A stretch of 64,000 nt of DNA from Nemertoderma westbladi (lineage: Eukaryota > Animalia > Xenacoelomorpha). Positions 1 through 11,069 of this stretch are shown one piece after another. Below the pieces are notes generated by a model. The model was not told the origin of the DNA. It made no database searches and worked only from the letters and a program-made list of their open reading frames with translations. The first letter of the stretch is position 1. Each line of letters starts with the position of its first letter. Where the stretch lies: assembly GCA_032718475.1 (NCBI GenBank), contig JAUCBJ010006114.1:3632-67631 (forward strand). The letters run 5' to 3'. A program made the translations under genes and the position numbers.

Positions 1-3000
1 TGTGAGTAGCGGGGGAGTTAGCTAGGTGAGTAGCGGGGGAGTTAGCTAGGTGAGTAGCGGGGAGAGTTAGTTTGATGAGTAGCGGGGGAGTTAGCTAGGT
101 GAGTAGCGACTAGCGGGGGAGTTAGCTAGGTGAGTAGCGACTAGCGAGGGAGTTAGCTAGGTGAGTGAGTAGCGACTGGCGGGGGAGTTAGTTAGGTGAG
201 TAGCGGGGAGAGTTAGCTAGGTGAGTAGCGGGAAGAGATAGCTAGGTGAGTAGCGGGGAGAGTTGCTTGGTGAGTAGCGGGGAGAGATAGCTAGGTGAGT
301 AGCGGGGAGAGTTAGTTTGGTGAGTAGCGGGAGAGTTAGCTTGGTGAGTAGCGGGGAGAGTTAGTTTGGTGAGTAGCGGGAGAGATGGATAGGTGAGTAG
401 CGGGGAGAGTTAGCTAGGTGAGTAGCGGGGGAGTTAGCTAGGTGAGTAGCGGGAAGAGATGGATAGGTGAGTAGCGGGGAGAGTTAGCTTGGTGAGTTAG
501 CGGGAGAGATGGATAGGTGAGTAGCGGGAGAGATAGCTAGGTGAGTAGCGGGGGAGTTAGCTAGGTGAGTAGCGGGGGAGTTAGCTAGGTGAGTAGCGGG
601 GGAGTTAGCTAGGTGAGTAGCGGGGAGAGTTAGTTTGATGAGTAGCGGGGGAGTTAGCTAGGTGAGTAGCGACTAGCGGGGGAGTTAGCTAGGTGAGTGA
701 GTAGCGACTGGCGGGGGAGTTAGTTAGGTGATTAGCCTGGAGAGATAGCTAGGTGAGTAGCGGGGAGAGATAGCTAGGTGAGTAGCGGGGAGAGTTAGCT
801 TGGTGAGTAGCGGGGAGAGATAGCTAGGTGAGTAGCGGGGAGAGTTAGCTTGGTGAGTTAGCGGGAGAGATGGATAGGTGAGTAGCGGGAGAGATAGCTA
901 GGTGAGTAGCGGGGGAGTTAGCTAGGTGAGTAGCGGGGGAGTTAGCTAGGTGAGTAGCGGGGGAGTTAGCTAGGTGAGTAGCGGGGAGAGTTAGCTTTGA
1001 TGAGTAGCGGGAGAGATAGCTAGGTGAGTAGCGGGGAGAGTTGCTTGGTGAGTAGCGGGGAGAGATAGCTAGGTGAGTAGCGGGGAGAGTTAGCTTGGTG
1101 AGTTAGCGGGAGAGATGGATAGGTGAGTAGCGGGAGAGATAGCTAGGTGAGTAGCGGGGGAGTTAGCTAGGTGAGTAGCGGGGGAGTTAGCTAGGTGAGT
1201 AGCGGGGGAGTTAGCTAGGTGAGTAGCGGGGAGAGTTAGTTTGATGAGTAGCGGGGGAGTTAGCTAGGTGAGTAGCGACTAGCGGGGGAGTTAGCTAGGT
1301 GAGTGAGTAGCGACTGGCGGGGGAGTTAGTTAGGTGATTAGCCTGGAGAGATAGCTAGGTGAGTACCGGGGAGAGATAGCTAGGTGAGTAGCGGGGAGAG
1401 TTAGCTAGGTGAGTTGCGGGGAGAGTTAGTTTGGTGAGTAGCGGGGAGAGATAGCTAGGTGAGTGAGTAGCGACTGGCGGGGGAGTTAGTTAGGTGAGTA
1501 GCGGGAAGAGATAGCTAGGTGAGTAGCGGGGAGAGTTGCTTGGTGAGTAGCGGGGAGAGATAGCTAGGTGAGTAGCGGGGAGAGTTAGTTTGGTGAGTAG
1601 CGGGAGAGTTAGCTAGGTGAGTAGCGGGGAGAGTTAGCTAGGTGAGTAGCGGGAAGAGATAGCTAGGTCAGTAGCCGGGAGAGTTGCTTGGTGAGTAGCG
1701 GGGAGAGATAGCTAGGTGAGTAGCGGGGAGAGTTAGTTTGGTGAGTAGCGGGGAGAGTTAGCTTGGTGAGTAGCGGTGGAGTTAGTTTGGTGAGTAGCGG
1801 GGAGAGATAGCTAGGTGAGTAGCGGGGAGAGTTAGTTTGGTGAGTAGCGGGGGAGTTAGCTAGGTGAGTAGCGGGGGAGTTAGCTAGGTGAGTAGCGGGG
1901 AGAGTTAGTTTGATGAGTAGCGGGGGAGTTAGCTAGGTGAGTAGCGACTAGCGGGGGAGTTAGCTAGGTGAGTGAGTAGCGACTGGCGGGGGAGTTAGTT
2001 AGGTGAGGAGCGGGGAGAGTTAGCTAGGTGAGTATCGGGGGAGTTAGCTAGGTGAGTAGCGGGGAGAGTTAGTTTGATGAGTAGCGGGGGAGTTAGCTAG
2101 GTGAGTAGCGACTAGCGGGGGAGTTAGCTAGGTGAGTAGCGACTAGCGAGGGAGTTAGCTAGGTGAGTGAGTAGCGACTGGCGGGGGAGTTAGTTAGGTG
2201 AGTAGCGGGGAGAGTTAGCTAGGTGAGTAGCGGGGAGAGATAGCTAGGTGAGTAGCGGGGGAGTTAGCTAGGTGAGTAGCGGGGAGAGTTAGCTTGGTGA
2301 GTAGCGGGGGAGTTAGCTAGGTGAGTAGCGACTAGCGGGGGAGTTAGCTAGGTGAGTAGCGGGGAGAGATAGCTAGGTGAGTAGCGGGGAGAGTTAGCTA
2401 GGTGAGTAGCGGGAGAGTTAGCTAGGTGAGTAGCGGGGAGAGTTAGTTTGGTGAGTAGCGGGGGAGTTAGCTAGGTGAGTAGCGGGGAGAGTTAGTTTGA
2501 TGAGTAGCGGGGGAGTTAGCTAGGTGAGTAGCGACTAGCGGGGGAGTTAGCTAGGTGAGTAGCGGGGAGAGATAGCTAGGTGAGTAGCGGGGAGAGTTAG
2601 CTAGGTGAGTAGCGGGGAGAGTTAGCTTGGTGAGTAGCGGGGGAGTTAGCTAGGTGAGTAGCGACTAGCGGGGGAGTTAGCTAGGTGAGTAGCGACTAGC
2701 GAGGGAGTTAGCTAGGTGAGTGAGTAGCGACTGGCGGGGGAGTTAGTTAGGTGAGTAGCGGGGAGAGTTAGCTAGGTGAGTAGCGGGAAGAGATCGCTAG
2801 GTGAGTAGCGGGGAGAGTTAGTTTGGTGAGTAGCGGGGAGAGTTAGCTAGGTGAGTAGCGGGGAGAGTTAGTTTGGTGAGTAGCGGGGAGAGTTAGCTTG
2901 GTGAGTAGCGGGGAGAGTTAGCTTGGTGAGTAGCGGGGAGAGTTAGTTTGGTGAGTAGCGGGAGAGATAGCTAGGTGAGTAGCGGGGAGAGTTAGTTTGG

Positions 3001-4635
3001 TGAGTAGCGGGGAGAGTTAGCTTGGTGAGTAGCGGGGAGAGTTAGCTTGGTGAGTAGCGGGGAGAGTTAGTTTGGTGAGTAGCGGGGAGAGTTAGTTTGG
3101 TGAGTAGCGGGGAGAGTTAGCTTGGTGAGTAGCGGGGAGAGTTAGCTTGGTGAGTAGCGGTTGAGTTAGCTAGGTGAGTAGCGGGGAGAGTTAGCTAGGT
3201 GAGTAGCGGGAAGAGATAGCTAGGTGAGTAGCGGGGAGAGTTGCTTGGTGAGTAGCGGGGAGAGATGGCTAGGTGAGTAGCGGGGAGAGTTTTGGTGAGT
3301 AGCGGGGAGAGTTAGCTTGGTGAGTTAGCGGGAGAGATGGATAGGTGAGTAGCGGGAGAGTTAGCTTGGTGAGTAGCGGGAGAGATGGATAGGTGAGTAG
3401 CGGGGAGAGTTAGCTAGATGAGTAGCGGGGAGAGTTAGCTTGGTGAGTAGCGACTAGCGAGGGAGTTAGCTAGGTGAGTGAGTAGCGACTGGCGGGGGAG
3501 TTAGTTAGGTGAGTAGCGGGGAGAGTTAGCTAGGTGAGTAGCGGGGAGAGTTAGTTTGATGAGTAGCGGGGGAGTTAGCTAGGTGAGTAGCGACTAGCGA
3601 GGGAGTTAGCTAGGTGAGTGAGTAGCGACTGGCGGGGGAGTTAGTTAGGTGAGTAGCGGGGAGAGTTAGCTAGGTGAGTATCGGGGGAGTTAGCTAGGTG
3701 AGTAGCGGGGAGAGTTAGTTTGATGAGTAGCGGGGGAGTTAGCTAGGTGAGTAGCGACTAGCGAGGGAGTTAGCTAGGTGAGTGAGTAGCGACTGGCGGG
3801 GGAGTTAGTTAGGTGAGTAGCGGGGAGAGTTAGCTAGGTGAGTATCGGGGGAGTTAGCTAGGTGAGTAGCGGGGAGAGTTAGTTTGATGAGTAGCGGGGG
3901 AGTTAGCTAGGTGAGTAGCGACTAGCGAGGGAGTTAGCTAGGTGAGTGAGTAGCGACTGGCGGGGGAGTTAGTTAGGTGAGTAACGGGGAGAGTTAGCTA
4001 GGTGAGTATCGGGGGAGTTAGCTAGGTGAGTAGCGGGGAGAGTTAGTTTGATGAGTAGCGGGGGAGTTAGCTAGGTGAGTAGCGACTAGCGAGGGAGTTA
4101 GCTAGGTGAGTGAGTAGCGACTGGCGGGGGAGTTAGTTAGGTGAGTAGCGGGGAGAATTAGCTAGGTGAGTATCGGGGGAGTTAGCTAGGTGAGTAGCGG
4201 GAAGAGATGGATAGGTAAGTAGCGGGGAGAGATAGCTAGGTGAGTAGCGGGGAGAGTTAGTTTGGTGAGTAGCGGGGGAGTTAGCTAGGTGAGTAGCGGG
4301 GAGAGTTGCTTGGTGAGTAGCGGGGAGAGTTAGTTTGGTGACTAGCGGGGGAGTTAGTTAGGTGAGTGAGTAGCGACTGGCGGGGGAGTTAGTTAGGTGA
4401 GTAGCGGGGAGAGTTAGCTAGGTGAGTAGCGGGAAGAGATCGCTAGGTGAGTAGCGGGGAGAGTTGCTTGGTGAGTAGCGGGGAGAGATAGCCAGGTGAG
4501 TAGCGGGGAGAGTTAGTTTGGTGAGTAGCGGGAGAGTTAGCTAGGTGAGTAGCGGGGAGAGTTAGCTATGTGAGTAGCGGGAGAGATAGCTAGGTGAGTA
4601 GCGGGAGAGATAGCTAGGTGAGTAGCGAGTAGCGA
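1..4635. repeat. G-rich minisatellite, 22-23 bp unit (GAGTTAGCTAGGTGAGTAGCGGGG and variants), running off the window's left edge
   Basis: Directly visible tandem array with recurring variant units (GCGACTAGCG, GAGATAGC, GTTAGTTTG). No long ORFs. Confidence 0.98.
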
Positions 4636-5070
4636 TAGTGGTGATACAGTAGAGTGAGATCCTTTATAATCTTATAGAATAGCTTATTTACCCATGACAG
4701 ACAACTTCGCGAGGAACTTCGTTTGAAGCAAGAGAAACAGGAACTGTCGATCGCTAGAGGGCCACAGAAGCCTCGTCCATTCCGGCTAGACTCCCAAATG
4801 AGACCCGAAAGTCCACGTGGTGAGGGTTCAAAGACGAGTCGCAGCCAACGCCCACACAGTGCGGCCAGGAGATCTAATATCACCACGAAATTAAAGGTTG
4901 GTTTCTATCCAAGCGTAAGTACAAATTCTCACTAGAATACTAAGGAGGAAGGAGGTGGAACTAAGGTGGGGGGGGGGGGGGGGGGGGCTAGATATCTGAA
5001 TAATGTAATACTGTAATTAATGATGTAATGTACATGGTTATGTTCAGAAGTTGAAAAAATGAGAAAGCGC

Positions 5071-5168
5071 GTCACCGGGGGTTGAACCAACGCTATACGT
5101 ACGTCTCGCCCTAACAGGCCTCATCAGTAGCGCTAACCAGTTTTTTTTAGTTAATACGCCACAGTGGC
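5071..5168 (-). ncRNA. tRNA-derived Pol III-type (SINE-like) element containing a degenerate minimal type I hammerhead ribozyme (5089-5134)
   Basis: Minus strand reads GCCACTG-TGGCGTA..TGGTTAGCGCTA-CTGATGA-GGCCTGTTAGGGC-GAGA-CGTACG-TA-TAGCGTT-GGTTCAACCCC-CGGTGAC. It has A/B-box-like motifs, acceptor stem GCCACUG/CGGUGAC, D-stem GCGU/GCGC, and a hammerhead core with stems I-III. GAAA is mutated to GAGA. Confidence 0.7.
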
Positions 5169-5562
5169 ATACTGGACATACATCGCAAACACGTGGCATA
5201 TAATAACATATTGTTGATAAACTTGGAAAATATGTGCGCTGCGCGAATTGGTGGTGTTAAATTAATGCTGAATCTGGAATCCTGCACGGATCTAATTTCC
5301 ACTGTCTGAGTTTGCTTGACCTAGTTGTAGTATTTATTGAAATAGTTATTCCTACAATTACAAGATCTATATTAAATTTTTATATTCTCCAAAAGATCTT
5401 TGATGCTTTTTTCAATAATGAATATGATTAAACGGTAAGTATATCAAACAATAAACATCAACAGCGAGGTTCATGAAATTATGCGAAAACTGTCATAAAC
5501 TAAAGTAGTATGAAATTATTGATATGCAATCAACATGTTATTGAGCTCTATCCTATTGAGGA

Positions 5563-6810
5563 CTAAGAAGCTAAATCTTCAATCAACTCTTTCGGGAAGT
5601 TGTTGTCCATACTTCGATGACCCTCAGTGGATAAATTCATCCATTTAATATTTGGGTTACTAGGCCATCCTAGACTCTTTGCAAAGCTAGAGCTTCCGTC
5701 CTCATCCTGGTATTCTTTTATAGCAACAACGACACCCTCAATCCAGGCGTTATCAGTGTTTCTTCTGGCATCCACGTAACCTTTATAAATCACTTTACCT
5801 TTTTTATTGAGAATATCTTGAAAATATTCCTCTTCGTTTCGCCTAAGTTGGTCTAAATATCGTGTATTCAAATATTCCTTACCTCTACATTTTTTCTCCA
5901 ATCCCGACTCGTTGCATCTAACGATCGCTCTACTTAAGGTTTGATTGACTGTCTCCCCTGGTAGAATAACATCCCCCGGTGCATTCCAACCCCGTTTTAT
6001 TTTCTTACTCCCAACCACAAGAAACTTAATCATAGGTTTCTCATTTCTACATTGTTCTATGCTACTGGACCCCCCCGATGTAAGTGTATGTTTGTCCCAA
6101 TCCGCGCTAAAAACTAAGAGATAGGCTACGTGATTCGGTCCCCACCATCCCAATGCACCTCTCCCTCTCAAACCGGTTCTTCCACAAGGATTCAGCGGCA
6201 CTCCTTCAACCACCGAGTACTTCCCTTCGTAACTTATACGATCAACATCTCCATCGATCGTATTGAAATTCAACTTCGATAAATACTGCGGATGTGTTCC
6301 TAAATCGCCACGGATGTACGGGCTCAAGAAATTACCACGAATTGCGTACCAGCGCGGTGCCCAATTACCAGGAACTGTGTACGAGTCTGGATGGTAGTTA
6401 AGGAATTTAGTACTCCAACGAACCTGCTCGTCACTCACAGGGAAGCGGGAAACTTTAGGCCAGTCACCTTTTCCACCATAAGTTTTCGCTCGAGCTCTCC
6501 TGTGGATTTCAGGTAGGTTGCCATTCTTATTTTTTAATTTCTTTATCAACTTAAAGATTCCTGCAGCAAAAATTCCCACTGATCCTACAACAACTCCAAG
6601 TCCAACAACTGGTAAGAGGCCTTTAGCGATTCCATCACTTTCAACGGGACTATTGGCAACAGAAGAACCAGTTGCTAATTCATTACTTGCGTTGATATCA
6701 TTATTAACGGCGGCGCCAAGACCCTTTTCTACGGAAGCAGTACCCGCAAGTGTTCCCCTTGATTTCTCGTTGCATTCACCACCTTGGAGATTACCACACT
6801 TTTCATCCAT
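5563..6810 (-). CDS. NUDT9: NUDT9 (ADP-ribose pyrophosphatase)/TRPM2 NUDT9-H-like protein with an N-terminal single transmembrane helix. Intronless, with a degenerate Nudix box.
   Basis: NUDT9 motifs H.RAR..Y, RFPV.D..V.W, FN.IDG.VDR.S, PLNP.GRTG..GRG.LG.WGPNH and YKGYVD..RNTDNAW.E. Hydrophobic LLPVVGLGVVVGSVGIFAAGIF is followed by KLIKKLKNK. First ATG at 6810; an upstream exon is not excluded. Orthology to NUDT9 is uncertain. Confidence 0.85.
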   Translation of the reverse strand: MDEKCGNLQGGECNEKSRGTLAGTASVEKGLGAAVNNDINASNELATGSSVANSPVESDGIAKGLLPVVGLGVVVGSVGIFAAGIFKLIKKLKNKNGNLPEIHRRARAKTYGGKGDWPKVSRFPVSDEQVRWSTKFLNYHPDSYTVPGNWAPRWYAIRGNFLSPYIRGDLGTHPQYLSKLNFNTIDGDVDRISYEGKYSVVEGVPLNPCGRTGLRGRGALGWWGPNHVAYLLVFSADWDKHTLTSGGSSSIEQCRNEKPMIKFLVVGSKKIKRGWNAPGDVILPGETVNQTLSRAIVRCNESGLEKKCRGKEYLNTRYLDQLRRNEEEYFQDILNKKGKVIYKGYVDARRNTDNAWIEGVVVAIKEYQDEDGSSSFAKSLGWPSNPNIKWMNLSTEGHRSMDNNFPKELIEDLAS

Positions 6811-7259
6811 TGCCTGTTTTAACTCCTGTTTCACCCGAAAACTAATTTTCTAATGATTTTACTTATATCATGTTGCTTTACATATTTTCTACAAGTAGGT
6901 ACCAAGGCGTCCTAATTAGATTACTTAGTATATATAATGGAAATTTTAGGTAAATAAAAAATGAAATAGTTTGTAAAAATTAGAATAAATTTTTCATGTT
7001 TATTTTTGTTCCTCCATACCAGCCCTACAAATTTACTACAGTTTAAAAATTCTAGAACGTTAGCTAGTGTCAAATTTTGTCTTTATAGCTAACCAATTTG
7101 GTAGAGAATTGACCTAAGTCAAGTTTTGCAAACTAATATTCGATTGTATGGCTTTATTAACCCTCCGTTTCCTGTGAACGTTGATACATTATTCTGAAAA
7201 GTTTAGCTGTTTGAATGTATAGAATTTCTAGGGAAATGGAACAGGACAAGTAGTCTTTC

Positions 7260-8085
7260 TTTTTCAAGTAGACTAAGTGTTGACTGTATATTTTATAGAC
7301 AGCAATGCAAAGTGCTGGTGGACACAATCATTTCAGCAAAGGAATCTTTTTATAGATAATATTATTAATGAAAAATTCAGGAGATCAGAAAACACTGTTT
7401 TCTGTGGCAAACAAAATTATCTACAGACACAACAGCAGCACACTCCCGACTCATGACTCAGACCTTCAGCTGGCGAATATGTTCGCCTCTAGTTTGACAA
7501 GAAAATTAATGATATACGTGAAACTTTAACGACTGAGCAGGCGGTTACTAAAAGTGTGCCTTGTTGTAACCAACGAGACCCGCATCTGCATGTTAACCCA
7601 CCCGTTGCCAACTGTGAGCAATCCGATCCACGTGTTGGCATTAATATTCAATTTAGTAAAGGTGATCCTTTACAACGATTCCTTGAAATCTCACCGGAAA
7701 CTACTGAATCTCTAATTAAAGAATCAAAGTCAAAATCAAGGCCACGTGATACAATTCCGACAAAATTAGTTAAACTGTCCATAGCACTACTGTTGCCAAT
7801 TATAACAATGATTATAAATATATCATTGTCGATCTTACTCAAAGCGCAAAGCCCTTAAATATGGCTTGCCCCAAGGCTCCGTTTTGGGGCCGGTTCTATT
7901 TAGTATATACACTCGCAGTCTTTCAACTGTTATACGAAAGCACGGTCTAACTACCACCTTTACGCAGATGACACACAAATCTATATTGCCTTTAAGCCTG
8001 AATGTAAAGAATCAGCAGTTGAAGTTATACTGAGAGTTGTCTACGTGACATAAAGACATGGTTGAGGTCTAACCTATTAAAGATG
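7260..8085 (+). pseudogene. Degraded non-LTR retrotransposon (CR1/L2/Crack-like) reverse transcriptase fragment
   Basis: Translated motifs GDQKTLFSVANK, D.IPTKLVK, YGLPQGSVLGPVLFSIYT and YHLYADDTQIY, broken by frameshifts and deletions. Confidence 0.85.
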
Positions 8086-8088
8086 GGC

Positions 8089-8838
8089 TAGAGTTCCGTA
8101 TAGAACTGCATTTTTATAACTTATGTCATTCTTACTATGGCAACATTGAAGAGTTCTAGAACAATAGAAAAGTATTATATACTTTTCTAGAACATAAACA
8201 AGATAAAAATATAATGTTCTAGAACATATAGCTAGTTTTTTTTTAATTTTAAAATAGCTAGTAAATTTAAAAAAATATCCAATTTGGAGATAAATTTTCT
8301 AATAAATAAATAATATAAATAAATAAATTTTTTGTATTACTAGCTATTTTAAATTTGAAAAATAACTAGCTATATGTTCTAGAACAATATATTATTTGTA
8401 TTATTTATGCTCTAGAATAGTTTATAATATATATAATATTACATAAATAAAATAAAAAATAACAATGTGTTCTAAAACATATAGTAGTTTTTTTTTAATT
8501 TTAAAATAGCTAGTAATTTTAACAAATAATACAATTTGGTATCGGTAAAATTTTTTTAATAATAATATAAATAAATAAATTTTTTATTACTTTTTATTTA
8601 TATTATATAAACTTTTTATATAAACTTTTTATATATATATTTATTACTTTTTTATTATTTTTTATTACTAGCTATTTCAAATTTAAAAAATAACTATCTA
8701 TATGTTCTAGAACATTATATATTTTATTTTATTTGTGTTCTAGAATAGTATATAATACTTTTATATTGTTCTAGAACTCTTCAATGTTGCCATAGTAACA
8801 ATGACATAAGTTTTAAAAATGCAGTTCTATACGGAACT
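8089..8838. mobile_element. AT-rich foldback MITE with long terminal inverted repeats (possibly Academ-derived, TAG terminus)
   Basis: AGTTCCGTATAGAACTGCATTTT...GAAGAGTTCTAGAACAAT at 8092 is mirrored by its reverse complement ending at 8838. Internal TTCTAGAAC modules. No TSD seen. Superfamily assignment is inference. Confidence 0.75.
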
Positions 8839-9199
8839 GTTACCAAAAAACCTCATGATAAAAGCCCTTTTCATATGAAAAAATTGGTCAAATTATGGGC
8901 ACCCAAAGGGGAGGAATGCCCTATCTATACAGTAGTTTAGGACGCCTTGCTAGCTAGGTACATTGTAGTAAAAACACAGTTGATTTCGTTTTATTCTAGA
9001 AGTTTAAATAATCATGGTTACAATCATACAGTATATAGGAGAGGGAATAGAACATATAGTCAGGTCGCTTAACCTCGAAAATAAGGTTAATGTGGACGTT
9101 GTGGACAAACTTCCCATAATTGGCATAGGTGTAGGTAGGTAATTACCATACCTTTCATTTTTTAAGGGGAACCAACTTTGCAACATTATTTATCTGTCC

Positions 9200-10240
9200 C
9201 ATATTACCATGACAACAGGAGGTCATTTACAAAAGCCAACTTTCCAATAAACCTACAGTCTTCTAACCTTGACTTACACCCCACATATCGCCCGAGATTC
9301 CATTGACGTCATTTGTAAAACCCGGTTACCATGGCAACTGCTTCAAAAACGAGTTTCAAACGCCGATTTTCAGTAAATATCCGATAAATATAAAACCATT
9401 GATTAATAATTGTTCCCCATTTGGAAAAGTCATCTAACATTATAAAAAAAGTTAATAAACAAAGTTTGCCTCTTTTACCAGTGTAACCGATATCATTTGG
9501 AATGTGAACAAAATATTGAAAAAACATATTCAGTTTACTTCAACTTTGATCATATGCACATACCTTAGTTCCTCGTTACATAGTAGAGGCCTATGACCAC
9601 TAGCACAGTTAATATAGTTACCATAGCAACGGGTATTATTTATGCACTTCCGCTTTCTTATTTTTCATATTTTCATATTTGGAAGGTAATAATTTTCTTG
9701 ATTAGAAAAATATATATCTGTGGTCTCTCATAGCTATTTTTTTAATGTAAATAATTACTCATGACCATAGTAACGGGAGAGTTCCCTCTTATACACTAAT
9801 TGCTGGGTGGAATTTCTCAAAATTTTGTGAAATATGAACACTGAAGTATATGGAAACATATTATGGACAAAAATTTCTAAAATTAATTTATGTTTACTTA
9901 CTATACTTGCACAGCAACAAAGGTTTTCCGTAGCAACCATACATTTTTTCACGGTATTCTAAGCAAAAACAAGTTTCCTGCATCAGTATAATGCTTTCCA
10001 TAGCAACGGCGGGTTTTGCATAGCAACGGTAAGTTTTACATAGCAATGATGAATTTACCATAGCAACCTGGAACATATCTTAGCAACGGAGCTATTTTGA
10101 CAGCAATAACAAGTTTTTTTCGTAGAGTGTTACATATGAAAGGCAATACATCCTTAGCAACAGCCATCTACGAGAAATGGTGCTCTGCAATGTCGAATTT
10201 GGTAGAAATATTGGAAATTTATCAAAGCAACGTAGTGTTT
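9200..10240. repeat. Transposon-like subterminal region with repeated (CA)TAGCAAC / CATGGCAAC motifs
   Basis: GTTACCATGGCAAC at 9325-9338 and GTTACCATAGCAAC at 9617-9630. TAGCAAY units recur every 20 bp from 10001 to 10101. Confidence 0.55.
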
Positions 10241-10285
10241 ATTTATATAGCTAGATAACAATTAGTAAAACTATTAAAGTTTTTC

Positions 10286-10480
10286 TCATTGACAGCAAAG
10301 TTCTGTACATTTCCAATTTGCAATTTTGCAAGCACATCTTGTGCCACACCCATTCTTACTCTTGCAAGCACACTTCACTAATTCCTTGCCTGCTTTGGAA
10401 GCAATTGGAAGTATATTCCAGACGGGATTCCAGACAGAAATGCACCACCGCAGCGCCATCAACAACTCTGACATATGTGT
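10286..10480 (-). pseudogene. C-terminal cysteine-cluster fragment of an Academ-type DNA transposon protein
   Basis: W.PVW..LP.A.KA.KELVKC.CKS..GC..RC.C......CT.LC matches the Cys-cluster tail typical of Academ (XPG plus Cys cluster) proteins. Isolated fragment. Confidence 0.6.
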
Positions 10481-11069
10481 TAGGGACGTATCTCTCAGAA
10501 TTCTGCACTTACAAATTGACCAAATCGGATTCCTAGAGGCAGTCTTCCACCATCAGATAATGAAGTTGGAAATATATGGTTCTCGTGTTGTAAACAACCT
10601 TTGTAGCTGGTCGAGCTCCCCGCCAAAACTTTTTTTTCTCTTTTCTCTCAGACGCTACTTATTTTGGTATGATGATACGTCCATACCTTCTATTACTGCT
10701 TTCCTTGTCGGATTTCCCAAATTTCAAATTATTTAGCCTCAAAAAGCAGTTAAAAATGCCTATTTAGTAATACTTAATACGGCCTCTGTCGGTTTTACTT
10801 TTCGTCTTTGTAATGTCATTGGAGCCGCCTTTGTCCTCAGATTCATTTACTGTTACAGAATCGCATCCACAAATAAATCACAACACCCGTTTTGTTATAA
10901 CGCCATTATTGCCTTCGTTTCTTTCAGGAATAATATATATCATACCGCAACACGCTGTATAGCGTCTTACTATAATTATAATAATAATTGATTAATTATT
11001 ATGTTATTTTAATTATTATTGATTATCATACAGTAAATGAACATTAAATGCCCTCTCATTTATCTGCTT

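Noticed and set aside
5071-5168. Functional tRNA gene
   Set aside because: It has a D-loop insertion, a shortened T-stem and no anticodon arm, so it is treated as a tRNA-derived element.
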